Positions 24,252 through 34,700 of a stretch of 37,963 bases of DNA are shown here, piece by piece (position 1 is the first letter of the stretch; the number at the start of each line of letters is the position of its first letter). Origin of the DNA: Eubacteriales bacterium (GTDB lineage: Bacteria > Bacillota > Clostridia > Oscillospirales > CAG-382); the NCBI GenBank assembly GCA_028701715.1, contig JAQVQF010000001.1, positions 1-37,963 on the forward strand, given 5' to 3'. Under the pieces are notes generated by a model. That model was given only the letters and a program-made list of their open reading frames with translations, had not been told where the DNA came from and did not search any database. The position numbers were made by a program, and so were the translations under genes.

Positions 24252-25007
24252 TTATTCGTATTCCACCACGCTGACCCATTTAAGCAGGAATTCGCGTTCT
24301 TCCGGCTTTTTCTTCACCATTTGGGAGGAGGCGACTATCGGCAGCCACTTGTTTACATACTGCTTTGCCGTATCGCTCTTCCTGCAGAAAAGATTCAAAT
24401 ATTTATCCGCAAGCTCCTTTTTATCCTCAAGGCAGAAAAGAAGATATGTCCGCGCCACATCGGCGGAGGCGTTGCCCTGGGTAACATGGGACCAGTCGAG
24501 TATGAAGGGCACTCCGTCCTCACGGATAATGATATTCGACGGGTTGAAGTCGCCGTGGCAAACTTTTTTATGCGTCGGCATCCCCTCAAGGCGGGTATGC
24601 ATCTCATAACGGGCGGTGGCGTCGAGCGAGGATTCGCTTATCTTGCGGTTCATTTTATCCTTCAGCTTGTTGAGCAGCGGCGCGGTTTTGGAATGCACCT
24701 CCATCTGAAGGTCCACAAACAGATTAAGATATTCGTCGAGCTTTTCAGGATTTTCGTCCATAAGATATTGGAGCGTCATACCGCTTATGAATTCCGAAAT
24801 TATCGCCCATTTGCCGTCGATTTTAGTAACCTCAAGAACCTTGGGGATATGAAGGTCGGTTTCCTCCACACGCGCCTGATTTAACGCCTCGTTTAGTATA
24901 TCGGCCTTGGAAAAATTTTCGTCAAACAGCTTCACGACGGTGTCGCCGTCACGGTAAATTATCTTGGATTTCCTTACGGCGATGATTTTATCCTTTGATA
25001 CAGCCAT
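24252..25007 (-). CDS. phosphotransferase-fold kinase (aminoglycoside phosphotransferase / choline kinase-like family)
   Basis: 251 aa. It has the catalytic loop CHGDFNPSNIII followed by ...ILDWSH... (Brenner-type HxDxxxxN plus a D motif). The start lies 2 nt after the adhE stop, and an AGGAGG RBS sits inside the last adhE codons. Confidence 0.8.
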   Translation of the reverse strand: MAVSKDKIIAVRKSKIIYRDGDTVVKLFDENFSKADILNEALNQARVEETDLHIPKVLEVTKIDGKWAIISEFISGMTLQYLMDENPEKLDEYLNLFVDLQMEVHSKTAPLLNKLKDKMNRKISESSLDATARYEMHTRLEGMPTHKKVCHGDFNPSNIIIREDGVPFILDWSHVTQGNASADVARTYLLFCLEDKKELADKYLNLFCRKSDTAKQYVNKWLPIVASSQMVKKKPEEREFLLKWVSVVEYE

Positions 25008-25009
25008 TA

Positions 25010-27631
25010 TTACCCCTCCTTCTTATTCGTGCCGTAATACGCGTTGAGATACATCTGTTTTATTTCACCGATCAGCGGATAACGCGGGTTGGCGCCCGTG
25101 CATTGGTCGTCGAACGCCTGCTCCGCCATCTCGTCGAGTCTTGAGAGGAAATATTCCTCGTCAGATACATAATCGCGTATCGAGGGCTTGATGCCGATTT
25201 TCGCCTTCAGCTCTTTTATTTTCGCTATAAGCCCTTCCAGCTTTTCTTCGTCGGTATTTCCGGCGACGCCGAGGTATTCGGCGATTTCCGCGTAGCGCGC
25301 GAGCGTATGAGGATGACCGTACTGCGGGAAGGTACCCATCTTGACGGGGACCTCCGCGGCGTTGAAGCGCAGCACCTCCTCCATCATAAGAGCGTTGGAT
25401 ATGCCGTGCGGTATATGGTGAAAAGCGCCGAGCTTATGCGCCATCGAATGCATGACTCCAAGGAAAGCGTTTGCGAAAGCCATGCCCGCAATGGTCGCGG
25501 CGTTTGCCATTTTTTCACGCGCGACGGGATCGTTGGGACCGTTGTCGTAGGCTCTGGGAAGGTATTCGAATATAATCTTCAAAGCGCGCAATGCCAATCC
25601 GTCGGTAAAATCGGTCGCCAGCATGGAGGCATACGCCTCAAGCGAATGAGCAACCGCGTCTATACCCGAAGCGGAGGTCAAACCCTTGGGCGCGTTCATC
25701 ATCATATCCGCGTCGATTATCGCCATGTCCGGCATAAGCTCATAATCCGCGAGAGGATATTTAATGCCGTTGCTCTGGTCTGTTATAACCGCGAAAGGCG
25801 TCACCTCCGAACCCGTGCCCGCCGTGGTCGGCACAGCTATGAAGTACGCTTTATCGCCCATATGCGGGAAGGTGTAAATTCTCTTGCGTATATCGGCGAA
25901 ACGCATCGCCATTTCCTTAAAATCGACCTCGGGATGCTCGTACAGCACCCACATTATTTTCGCCGCGTCCATGGCGGAACCGCCGCCCAAGGCGATTATT
26001 ACGTCGGGCTTAAATGCGGTCATGACCTTGGCGCCCTCTTTGGCGCAGGCGAGCGTCGGATCGGGTTCAACGTCGGAGAAGGTCGCGTGGGTTATACCCA
26101 TGGAATCGAGCTTATCCTCTATCGGCCTTGTATAGCCGTTGGCGTAAAGGAAGTTATCCGTGACGATAAACGCCTTCCTTTTGCCCAATACCGTTCCCAG
26201 CTCGTCGAGTGCCACCGCAAGGCAGCCCTTCTTTATATAGACCTTTTCGGGCGCTCTGAACCAAAGCATATTTTCTCTCCTTTCGGCGACCGTCTTGATG
26301 TTAAGCAGCTGTCTGACGCCCACGTTGTCCGAAACGCTGTTGCCGCCCCAGCTGCCGCAGCCGAGGGTAAGCGAAGGGGTCAGCCTGAAATTGTACAGAT
26401 CCCCTATTCCGCCGTGCGCCGCGGGTGTGTTCACGAGTATACGGCAGGTTTTCATCCTTTCCGCAAAGGCGTCAACCTTTGCGCGGGCGGTGACCTCGTT
26501 TAGGTATATCGCCGCGGTATGCCCGTAGCCTCCGTCGATAACAAGGTGTTCGGCTGTATCGAAAGCGTCCCCGATATCCTTCGCGCGGTACATGGCAAGC
26601 ACGGGTGAGAGTTTTTCGTGAGCAAATTCTTCGGAATGCTCGGCGCTTGTCACCTCCCCGATAAGGATTTTAGTGTTCTCCGGGACGGAAACTTCCGCCA
26701 TCGCGGCAATTTTATACGCGGTCTGACCTACAATTTTAGCGTTGAGAGAGCCGTTTATAATAATGGTTTTTCTGATCTTTTCGGTTTCCTCCGGGTTAAG
26801 GAAATAGCAGCCGCGGAGAGCAAATTCTTTTTTAACCTTTTCATATATGCCGTCAAGGACTATCGCCGACTGCTCGGAAGCGCATATCATGCCGTTGTCG
26901 AAGGTTTTGGAATGGATTATTGAATTTACGGCGAGAACAATGTCCGCCGAATCGTCTATGATTGCCGGGGTGTTGCCGGGCCCTACGCCTATGGCGGGCT
27001 TGCCTGACGAATAAGCCGCTCTGACCATACCGGGGCCGCCCGTCGCAAGGATGGTGTCGGCTTCCTTCATCAGCAGGTTTGACATCTCGAGCGAGGGCTC
27101 GTCTATCCAGCCGATTATGCTTTCCGGAGCGCCGGCAGCAACCGCCGCTTCCAGTACGGCTTTCGCCGCCGCCACCGTGCATTTCTTTGCTCTGGGATGC
27201 GGACTGATAATTATACCGTTACGTGTTTTCAGAGCGATTAATGTTTTAAATATAGCGGTGGAGGTGGGGTTGGTGGTCGGAATCACAGCGGCGATAACGC
27301 CCAAAGGCTCGGCGACCTTTATTATGCCGAAAGCTGTGTCGCGTTCGATTATTCCGCAGGTTTTGGTGTCCCTGTATGCGTTGTAGATATACTCAGACGC
27401 GTAATGGTTTTTTATTACCTTGTCCTCGACCACGCCCATGCCGGTCTCCTCCACCGCCATTTTGGCGAGAGGGATACGCATTTCGTTTGCCGCCATAGCC
27501 GCAGCCTTAAAAATCGAATCGACCTTGTCCTGACTGTATGAGGCGAATTCCTTCTGCGCTTTTCTTACCGTCATCAGCATCGACTTGAACGAATCCAAGC
27601 TGTCGGTTACGGGATATTTGTTTGCTTCCAT
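25010..27631 (-). CDS. adhE: bifunctional acetaldehyde-CoA / alcohol dehydrogenase
   Basis: 873 aa. The N-terminal ALDH half has ...ICASEQS... (catalytic Cys). The C-terminal iron-ADH half has ...ALGGGSAMDAAK... and ...HSMAHKLGAFHHIPHG... Length and order are as in AdhE. Confidence 0.96.
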   Translation of the reverse strand: MEANKYPVTDSLDSFKSMLMTVRKAQKEFASYSQDKVDSIFKAAAMAANEMRIPLAKMAVEETGMGVVEDKVIKNHYASEYIYNAYRDTKTCGIIERDTAFGIIKVAEPLGVIAAVIPTTNPTSTAIFKTLIALKTRNGIIISPHPRAKKCTVAAAKAVLEAAVAAGAPESIIGWIDEPSLEMSNLLMKEADTILATGGPGMVRAAYSSGKPAIGVGPGNTPAIIDDSADIVLAVNSIIHSKTFDNGMICASEQSAIVLDGIYEKVKKEFALRGCYFLNPEETEKIRKTIIINGSLNAKIVGQTAYKIAAMAEVSVPENTKILIGEVTSAEHSEEFAHEKLSPVLAMYRAKDIGDAFDTAEHLVIDGGYGHTAAIYLNEVTARAKVDAFAERMKTCRILVNTPAAHGGIGDLYNFRLTPSLTLGCGSWGGNSVSDNVGVRQLLNIKTVAERRENMLWFRAPEKVYIKKGCLAVALDELGTVLGKRKAFIVTDNFLYANGYTRPIEDKLDSMGITHATFSDVEPDPTLACAKEGAKVMTAFKPDVIIALGGGSAMDAAKIMWVLYEHPEVDFKEMAMRFADIRKRIYTFPHMGDKAYFIAVPTTAGTGSEVTPFAVITDQSNGIKYPLADYELMPDMAIIDADMMMNAPKGLTSASGIDAVAHSLEAYASMLATDFTDGLALRALKIIFEYLPRAYDNGPNDPVAREKMANAATIAGMAFANAFLGVMHSMAHKLGAFHHIPHGISNALMMEEVLRFNAAEVPVKMGTFPQYGHPHTLARYAEIAEYLGVAGNTDEEKLEGLIAKIKELKAKIGIKPSIRDYVSDEEYFLSRLDEMAEQAFDDQCTGANPRYPLIGEIKQMYLNAYYGTNKKEG

Positions 27632-27688
27632 ATTATTTCATCCTTCCCGCCGCCCGGAACACCCCGTTCCGAGCGAGCTTTACCCAAT

Positions 27689-27719
27689 TAATATATATCT
27701 TTTTTACAGATATATATTA
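27689..27719. repeat. AT-only 12-bp inverted repeat in the adhE upstream region
   Basis: TAATATATATCT (27689-27700), a 7-nt spacer, then AGATATATATTA (27708-27719). Confidence 0.7.
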
Positions 27720-27742
27720 GCATAAAACAACAAATCGAACAA
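27714..27742 (-). promoter_or_regulatory. possible adhE promoter
   Basis: On the minus strand, TTGTTC (27742..27737), 17 nt, TAATAT (27719..27714). The -10 hexamer lies inside an AT-only 12-bp inverted repeat. Confidence 0.35.
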
Positions 27743-27795
27743 TAGCCATTTTCCATAAAATCATTCGTCTGTTATACGGTTTATATGCTTATATT

Positions 27796-30498
27796 TTAAA
27801 TAACCTTTTTAATTTTCAATATTACAAATGCCGCGGCCGTTATTGCAACGGCGCATACAATTGCGATAAGCCAAGGAAAGCCCGGTTTATCGGGAGTCGG
27901 GTCGACCTCCTCGGACAAATCCGATGCCGTACTTTCATCCGCGGATTCAATATCGCTCTCCTCGGAGGAGGGATTTTTGTATTCATCCATGGCGTTCTTC
28001 AGAGTATCGTAAAGGCCGTCAATATGCGTGCCGTATATAATATCCTCTTTTAAATATTTTTCCAGCGCGTTGGCGGCGATTCGTATGCCCGAGGTATCCG
28101 ATGCCGTACCCGTGTCAATCAGCTCCTCCGCTTCCCCGAGCAGCAATTCGTATTTGGCGGTATCCATACCGTAAACCTCGAATTCGCGTATGCCGCCGCT
28201 GTAATAGGTGCTGTAGGGAGCGCAATACCAGCGCTTGAGCTGAACATATTTTATATACCGGCATATTACCGAATCTATTTCGACTGTATCGATAACGTGA
28301 ACGCCGTCCGCCTTACCGGATATTTCATATACTTTTGTAAAATTCTCTCCGTCGGATGAAACATATATCTCATATGCCGAAACGCATTCGTGAAAATCTA
28401 TGACTATTTTATTGACGTTTCTTTCCGTTCCGAGATCAAGCAGCATCCACTGCTCGTCTTTATCTCTTGCAAAGGAAAGCCGTGTATCGTGATTTCCGTC
28501 GACCGCAAGCGGTTCGTTTAACGCGTAATCGACCTCCAGCCCGCTAACCGTGACCGTTTTGCCAAGCGCCATATTTATATTGAGCTTTTTGTCGTTTAGA
28601 TTATAATCCGGCGCGGTCACGCCGATATCGGTAACCTCGCAGCTTGCGCTGCCCGACGATTCAAAGGGCAGCACAAAAGTTGAACTGTCTGCAAGGGACG
28701 GATTCTTTATATTGACAGGGTCGTAATAATAGGTGTCGTCGACGATAAGCACCGTCTGGGCGTTATCGGCGTACAGCTTGATATTGACAGAAGTATCAAG
28801 GGGAACGGTATAATTATAATTGAAGGTATAGGTCTCACGGCTGAAGGATATTTTGCCCGCCGCGTTTACAAACAGCTTCCCGTCTTCTCCCGAAAGAATG
28901 ACCGCGTCGCTATAGCCCGAAAGCTTAATATCCGCCGAAAACAGATATGGGAACCCCACCGATTTAACCGATCCGACATCCTGCGTCGTAAGCGGGAGCG
29001 AAACGAAACGCGAAGGATCGGTGTTACCCGCTCTGCGCGACAGCGTTTCAAACCTGCTTATAAAATCATCCGCGTCTATATTCCTTGTCTGCTCGCCGTC
29101 CCAGGCTTTTTCCGAAACGTAGCATACCTGATAACGCACGCGGTCGAATATGTCGAACATCGAAAAACCGCCCCATTCGGTATGCCTGTCGTTCCAGAGA
29201 CAGAAGCTTGCACCCTTAAGCTGAGGATTATCATATGCAACGGCTGTGTTTGAATCATATCCCATATAGTTGACAAACCATGAATTATACAGCAGCTTGA
29301 GATCGAAATAATCGGCGAAGCCGTAATTCCCGCCGGGAACGCAGTAGAGCCTGTAGCTGCAGGAATTAATGACGTCGTACCCCATCGAAAACAGCGTCTT
29401 GTAATCCGAAAGCGAATCAGCCCAGAAATTCACCTCGGCGTCGCCCGAAACGGGAGTGCTGCCGTTGAAGCCGCCGGCGCCGAAAGCACCCCAGAACCGC
29501 GGCGTATAGCCTCTTGAACGTATATGCTCTATGAGAGTATTTGTATATGCTCTCATTGCCTCGTTATATCCTTCCGGATATTCGTCGGTGCCGAAATGCA
29601 CTTTTTTGGAAACGAAAACGGGATCGTCGCCCGTGATATATTCATCGAAAAGATCAAGCACAAACTGTACGGCGTCGGGATTTGTTATATCCAGATGCGC
29701 TCCGTCGGAGAGCATGTACCCGGGCACGACGTCGGCAAAGCACCTGCAGTGAGCGGGAGTGTCAATTTCGGTTATTACCTCCACGCCGTATTCGAGCATA
29801 CGCTTCTGATAAGCGCGGTAATCTTCCTTGGAATAATATCCGTCGGTGGCGGTAAGTCCGGAAATATCGCTCTCAAGGCGGAATATGTTATAGCCGTTCG
29901 CACCGTTGTCGTTGATGTGAAGATGAATTTCGTTAAGCTTGTACCAGGCGAAATATTTGGTTATCTCCTCCACATAATCGAGAGGGATATACGCTCTCGC
30001 CACATCTATCATGCCCGAGCGTACCGGGTACGACGGCCAATCGCGCACCCTGCCCTTGGGCATGTATCCGTCCGCGTAGCAGGACTGGAGCACGGTTATT
30101 ATCCCGTATAACAGACCCTTGCCGGTATTTGCTTCTATCGTGACGCTGTCGCCGGCGTCAATGGTATAGCCCTCGTCGCCCAGCGCGGTGTCGGAGGAGG
30201 ATTTCAGGTATATATCTCCGGTTTCATTTATGCCCTCGGTTACCGTTAGATCAATGCCGGCAATATCGAGGAAATAATCTTTTATTATCGTCTTTTGGGC
30301 TTCGGTGACAAGCGCTTCGCTTTCGAGCGTAACCTTCATGCCCTTTTTAAGGTAAAACTTTCCCGTTTTGCCTTCCCATTCCCTTACGGCGGGTATTACC
30401 GTGGGAGGAGCGTTGACTTCGTCCGCTCCTGCGCTAATAACGGCGGAACCCGTAAGTAAAATGACGGCGCTCAAAAGCGCGGATATTATTTTTTTCAT
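27796..30498 (-). CDS. GH20 beta-N-acetylhexosaminidase with F5/8 type C (discoidin) domain and C-terminal membrane anchor
   Basis: 900 aa with a signal peptide (MKKIISALLSAVILLTGSAVISAGA). The GH20 core has ...MIDVARAY..., ...NEIHLHINDN... and the catalytic HFGTDEY (D305-E306). The discoidin-like segment is ...DGNHDTRLSFARDKDEQWMLLDLG... The C-terminal TM is PWLIAIVCAVAITAAAFVILKIKK. Confidence 0.9.
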   Translation of the reverse strand: MKKIISALLSAVILLTGSAVISAGADEVNAPPTVIPAVREWEGKTGKFYLKKGMKVTLESEALVTEAQKTIIKDYFLDIAGIDLTVTEGINETGDIYLKSSSDTALGDEGYTIDAGDSVTIEANTGKGLLYGIITVLQSCYADGYMPKGRVRDWPSYPVRSGMIDVARAYIPLDYVEEITKYFAWYKLNEIHLHINDNGANGYNIFRLESDISGLTATDGYYSKEDYRAYQKRMLEYGVEVITEIDTPAHCRCFADVVPGYMLSDGAHLDITNPDAVQFVLDLFDEYITGDDPVFVSKKVHFGTDEYPEGYNEAMRAYTNTLIEHIRSRGYTPRFWGAFGAGGFNGSTPVSGDAEVNFWADSLSDYKTLFSMGYDVINSCSYRLYCVPGGNYGFADYFDLKLLYNSWFVNYMGYDSNTAVAYDNPQLKGASFCLWNDRHTEWGGFSMFDIFDRVRYQVCYVSEKAWDGEQTRNIDADDFISRFETLSRRAGNTDPSRFVSLPLTTQDVGSVKSVGFPYLFSADIKLSGYSDAVILSGEDGKLFVNAAGKISFSRETYTFNYNYTVPLDTSVNIKLYADNAQTVLIVDDTYYYDPVNIKNPSLADSSTFVLPFESSGSASCEVTDIGVTAPDYNLNDKKLNINMALGKTVTVSGLEVDYALNEPLAVDGNHDTRLSFARDKDEQWMLLDLGTERNVNKIVIDFHECVSAYEIYVSSDGENFTKVYEISGKADGVHVIDTVEIDSVICRYIKYVQLKRWYCAPYSTYYSGGIREFEVYGMDTAKYELLLGEAEELIDTGTASDTSGIRIAANALEKYLKEDIIYGTHIDGLYDTLKNAMDEYKNPSSEESDIESADESTASDLSEEVDPTPDKPGFPWLIAIVCAVAITAAAFVILKIKKVI

Positions 30499-30558
30499 GT
30501 GTTAAGCTATCCTTTCATAGTTACGCAAGCCCATATGATTAACTTGTTGTCTAAGCTT

Positions 30559-30587
30559 ATAATATCATAGGATTATAAATAATGCAA
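30559..30587 (-). promoter_or_regulatory. possible promoter for the GH20 gene
   Basis: On the minus strand, TTGCAT (30587..30582), 17 nt, TATTAT (30564..30559). Confidence 0.35.
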
Positions 30588-30638
30588 GCATGATAAAATG
30601 ACGACACGATAATATAACGATTGTAATTAAATATACAC

Positions 30639-30667
30639 TTGACATTTGGCATATGATATGATAGTGT
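30639..30667 (+). promoter_or_regulatory. possible promoter for the zinc-ribbon / 1013-aa gene pair
   Basis: TTGACA (30639-30644), 17 nt, TAGTGT (30662-30667). The -35 is consensus and the -10 is weak. Confidence 0.3.
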
Positions 30668-30754
30668 TTTATTGGGATAATTGATAAAAATCCCAAAATC
30701 AACAGGACAACAAGACAAAGGATTTCAAGTCGATTACGGGAGAGGAATGATGAT

Positions 30755-31756
30755 ATGGCTTTCTGCCTCAATTGCGGTAAAAAGATTGACGACAGTAACG
30801 GTAAGACCTTGTGTTCCGATTGCGAAAAAGCGATTTCACAAACGGCCGACTTAAACCGAAGCCGGGACCGGAACACCTTATATCCGGAAAACACGACCCG
30901 GTATAATAATAATCAAACACAAAAGCAAGCCTTTATGCCCGGCGGCATATGCAGACTGTCCGCCTCGCCTTCGGTCGGGGAAACCGCCGTTATGCTGCTT
31001 CCCAAAAGCGGTCTTACGGGCACATTAAATCCGTTTACCGCGGTATTCGGCAGCATTAAGCGATTTGTTTGCGGATTTAAGAGTCTTTTTAAAAACAAAA
31101 AAAAGTTAATTCCGGCTCTTGTTCTTGCGTTTTTGTGGATTCTGCTTTCGCTGCTTCCCATGCTCGGTGTCAATAATGCAGCGGTTAAGACGCTTTCCTC
31201 GCTGACCTTCGCTCAGGGCGGATACAGTAAAAATATTGTTAATATTATCGGCGGCTTGCTCGGCAAGGGTATGGTTGCCGCCGTTTTCGTATCCCTGTTT
31301 TCGGGCGGGCTGAAAAGCACGTCGGGAGGTTTAAAACAAACCGTTTCTTCTTTTAAAAATTCTATAAAAAATACGGAAAGCTTCTGCTTATGGCTTATGG
31401 GAACGGGATTTGCTCTCGTTTTTTATAACTTTACCGTCGGAAAAGCATCGGTGTGGCAGGGTATGGCGGGAATAGCGGGTTTGCTGCTCTGTCTGAGAGC
31501 CTTCGGTACGAGCGGCGGGTTTCTGCGTAATATATTAACCTCGCTGACCGCGAACAAATCAAACGGAATAAGGCATGAAAACAAAATATCGCTGCAAAGT
31601 CTTCTTTCGGGTATGGCATGCGGCTTTGCTATCGCCGTTATTATGTCGCCCATACCCTTCGCTTATGCCCCGTATTGCGCGGGCTTGGCGTTTACGGTGA
31701 CGGCGGCGGTATCGCTTTTGGTGTTAAGGCCGGCTAAAGGGAGGGCGGTTACATGA
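30755..31756 (+). CDS. zinc-ribbon domain polytopic membrane protein
   Basis: 333 aa. The N-terminus has CLNCG-x12-CSDC (a four-Cys zinc ribbon). It is followed by about 5 hydrophobic helices (e.g. LIPALVLAFLWILLSLLPMLGV, FCLWLMGTGFALVFYNF, PYCAGLAFTVTAAVSLLVL). GGGAGAGGAA RBS. Confidence 0.8.
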   Translation: MAFCLNCGKKIDDSNGKTLCSDCEKAISQTADLNRSRDRNTLYPENTTRYNNNQTQKQAFMPGGICRLSASPSVGETAVMLLPKSGLTGTLNPFTAVFGSIKRFVCGFKSLFKNKKKLIPALVLAFLWILLSLLPMLGVNNAAVKTLSSLTFAQGGYSKNIVNIIGGLLGKGMVAAVFVSLFSGGLKSTSGGLKQTVSSFKNSIKNTESFCLWLMGTGFALVFYNFTVGKASVWQGMAGIAGLLLCLRAFGTSGGFLRNILTSLTANKSNGIRHENKISLQSLLSGMACGFAIAVIMSPIPFAYAPYCAGLAFTVTAAVSLLVLRPAKGRAVT

Positions 31757-34700
31757 AAAAGCTGTGCTGCTCGCTCGTTTTACTGATCCTGTTCTTCAAT
31801 GCTTTCCCGATAATATCATTTGCGGAAGAAGCCAAAACCGAAACGGTTGATCCGTACGAATATTTAGGCGTAAATACTTTTGACGAGGTTATGGAGTACA
31901 TAAGTATAGGTAGGGATAAAGACTATAATCCTCTTAAAGTCAAAAGTATCGACATCGATATTGTTTCCCAGATAACCTTTTATTCAATGAATTCTACAGA
32001 AAATTCCTATCCCGTGTCGTTGCCTTCTATGGTTACGATAGAATTTACAAGCGGAAGCAGCGTAAATCTGCCCTTTTCCACCGGCGAAATCGTCCACATG
32101 GATGATGAATGGAGGCTTGCGACCGAAGAATTCGACGGTACAATAGTAATTGATATAATCACGGGTTCGGAAGGCTGGGGCTACTACTCCTATAAGGCAT
32201 ATTTTATAGGTTCCGTAAAATCCAGAACAAGATTAGGCAGAGTAGAGGACGGCAATGTCGAAAGTATTTATACCAATCAATATACGGCTGAAAATCCTCT
32301 GTCGGTAAACTTCAGTTACAGAACATACCTTCACGGCGACGATACTTCCGACGATAACTGGAGACAAATTACCGTGTCGTTTGAATCGCTTTGCTATGGC
32401 GCTCAATGGTTTAAATTTATTATGACACCGGGAAAAATGGTGGTTGAAACAACGCCCGCGCAGACCAGCGACGTTACCGTAAGCACGGATGCCGATGAAA
32501 CCGCGGGCGAGACCTCAATTCCCGTGCCTGTCGCCATAGTGGTGGGCGTGCTGGGAATCGGCGCGTCTTTGGCGGCCGCAGCCGGAATCACGGGCGGCGG
32601 CGACGGAGGGGACGACGGCGGCAAAAAAAATTCCAAGTATAAGCTGTGTATTAAGAAGGATTTCGGAGACAGCATAGCTTACAACAGAAAGCCTGTGACG
32701 GTGTACGCCCGTATGTGCGAAATAACTCCGGAAGGCAGGGAGCTTGACAGACCCGATTTGACCTCAAATATCAGAATATTCTCGAGCGGGAATCCCATTA
32801 CGGTTGATAGCCTCTTTGTGTCCGGCAATTATATGGCCGCCAATATCAGCGCGGAAGCCGCCGCCGGAACCGTCACGGAAAAGACGGGCATAATATCCTT
32901 CGCTTATACCGGTGAAGGCGGCACATTCCGCAACGATGTGACCTTCAGACTGATAGGCGAGCCGTACATCTCCTTCCCTGAGCAAAAGAGCTACAGCGGC
33001 AGAATGTTCGTAGACGTTATCGCAGGCGACGGCTGCGAATACGAGTTGACAATTGATCTGTGCGACTTTACGAAAGAAGCGGAAAATGTTAAGTTTGCTT
33101 CCGAAAGCGGCGAAGCGAAGGCGGAATTCGAGAAAATCGCGCCGTATAAATACAAGGCAATCATACACAATCTGACCTCGGCGTCGTCCGACAAGAGCTG
33201 CTTCGCCAGGGTTAGATATATTCCGATTACGGTGACGGCCGAAAACGATATCGAAAAAGCCGAAAATGTCTTCGAGCTTGCGGTATATCCCGAAGGTCTG
33301 TCGGTGAGAAGCGACGCTGTTAAGGATGACAAACTCTGTATAAGGTCCTATGACAATCCCGACGCCGGCGATCTCGATTACAAGATAAAGCCGACAAGAT
33401 TCGATCTTGTCCTTGCGGTCAGAGAGAAAAACGCGGAAGGCAAGGAAAAAGCGATAATTGCAGATATGAAGGAAGCAACATCCTCCTTCGCAAAGCTTAA
33501 GGGTACCGGTAAAGATACGGAGGAGCTTTTAAAAGCATATAAATACAAGCTCGACGATTCCTCAAAGACCGACGGTATATTCCGTATTATTCCGGAAACA
33601 AGCATTCCGGAACTCGGTTCGCCTTATTATGTCACACTGCCTGTACGCTGCGAATACCGTTCCGGATCATATTCCGTCGATATACCCTGCCGGCTTGTCG
33701 GAGAACGCGAGGAAAAGCCCTCGGAACGGGATATCGAATACAGGAAGCTGATAGACCGCGTCAAACGCTATGTTCCCGAAGAGGAATGGTCGGCGGTGCT
33801 TAAAAATATAAAATCCAACGCCGACACCATGTCGATTATGACGATGCATGCATTGAGCAAGAGCATTATATACACCGCGCAGGCAAGGTTCCTCAACGAA
33901 TCCGAATCGCAGCGCGCCTGGGCGGATGCCCTCGACTGGATGATTTACGGGCTTGAGTGGGCGAAATGGTTCGGTGACCAGGCGTTCGCATATCTTGCCA
34001 CCGTCTATACAGGTCCCGTGGGAGAAGCCCTGCTTTCGCCCGCCAAGGAAATACTCACCAACCTTATAGGTGAGGTGGGCGTGCAGATAGTTTACGGCGA
34101 AAAATTCGATTTCGAAAGCCTGCAGATAATGAATAATCTTTCTGCGGCTCTCGATAATCTGATAATGACCTCCGCCGACCCTTCGAGACTTGACATAAGG
34201 CAGATGGCGACGGTGCTCGCCGGCTTCCTCATAGTGAACGCGGCAAAGAATTATGTGCTGAATGTCGATAAGGACGGCAAGCGCGACTTTTATAAAGCGA
34301 TAACCGACGCGTTCGGCAATCTGACGGTTAACGCCATGAAGATACTTTGCAGCGATCTGTTCGGCAAGGCGATGAAGAGCCAAGCGGTTAAATCGGCTAT
34401 GAATACTCAATGCGGTAAATGGATAAAAACCTCGCTTGTCAAATATCTGCCCGATATGGACATATTCTTTTCCAATAACGAACGTATGGTTAGTATTGAA
34501 AAGCTCGCCATACTCGACAAGTATATTTCGGAAATATGCGGGCTCGGCGCGGCGACGGTATTTAAAAAAGCAAGCGAAAGCGTTATAGATTTCACTCCGG
34601 ACGATGTCGTTTTCAGCTTTGTGCTCTGGGAAAACACCGCAAACCCGGACGATTCAATTGTTGTGAAGGTCAGCTTGAAGGCGGTGGGAGAAAAGCTGTA

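Noticed and set aside
25307-26503. 398-aa ORF on the plus strand, antisense to adhE
   Set aside because: It lies wholly inside a gene with unmistakable AdhE motifs on the other strand. Its translation is Arg/His/Gly-rich with no recognisable motif, which is typical of a shadow ORF in GC-rich coding DNA.
30565-30894. 109-aa minus-strand ORF spanning the GH20 / zinc-ribbon intergenic region
   Set aside because: It runs through AT-rich intergenic DNA and the start of the zinc-ribbon gene. The translation is low-complexity and hydrophobic, there is no RBS, and it would overlap both promoter candidates.
32623-32630. A8 homopolymer tracts inside coding regions as phase-variation switches (also 31097-31104, 3446-3453 and 17334-17341)
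   Set aside because: All encode Lys-Lys(-Lys) stretches. They occur in housekeeping-type genes too and are only 8 nt long, so they look like a codon-usage by-product rather than contingency loci.
33667-34410. 247-aa ORF antisense to the 1013-aa gene (likewise 32764-33168, 32991-33332 and 34407-34766)
   Set aside because: These are shadow frames with Arg/His-rich or low-complexity translations and no RBS or promoter context. The plus-strand frame is continuous for 1013 codons.
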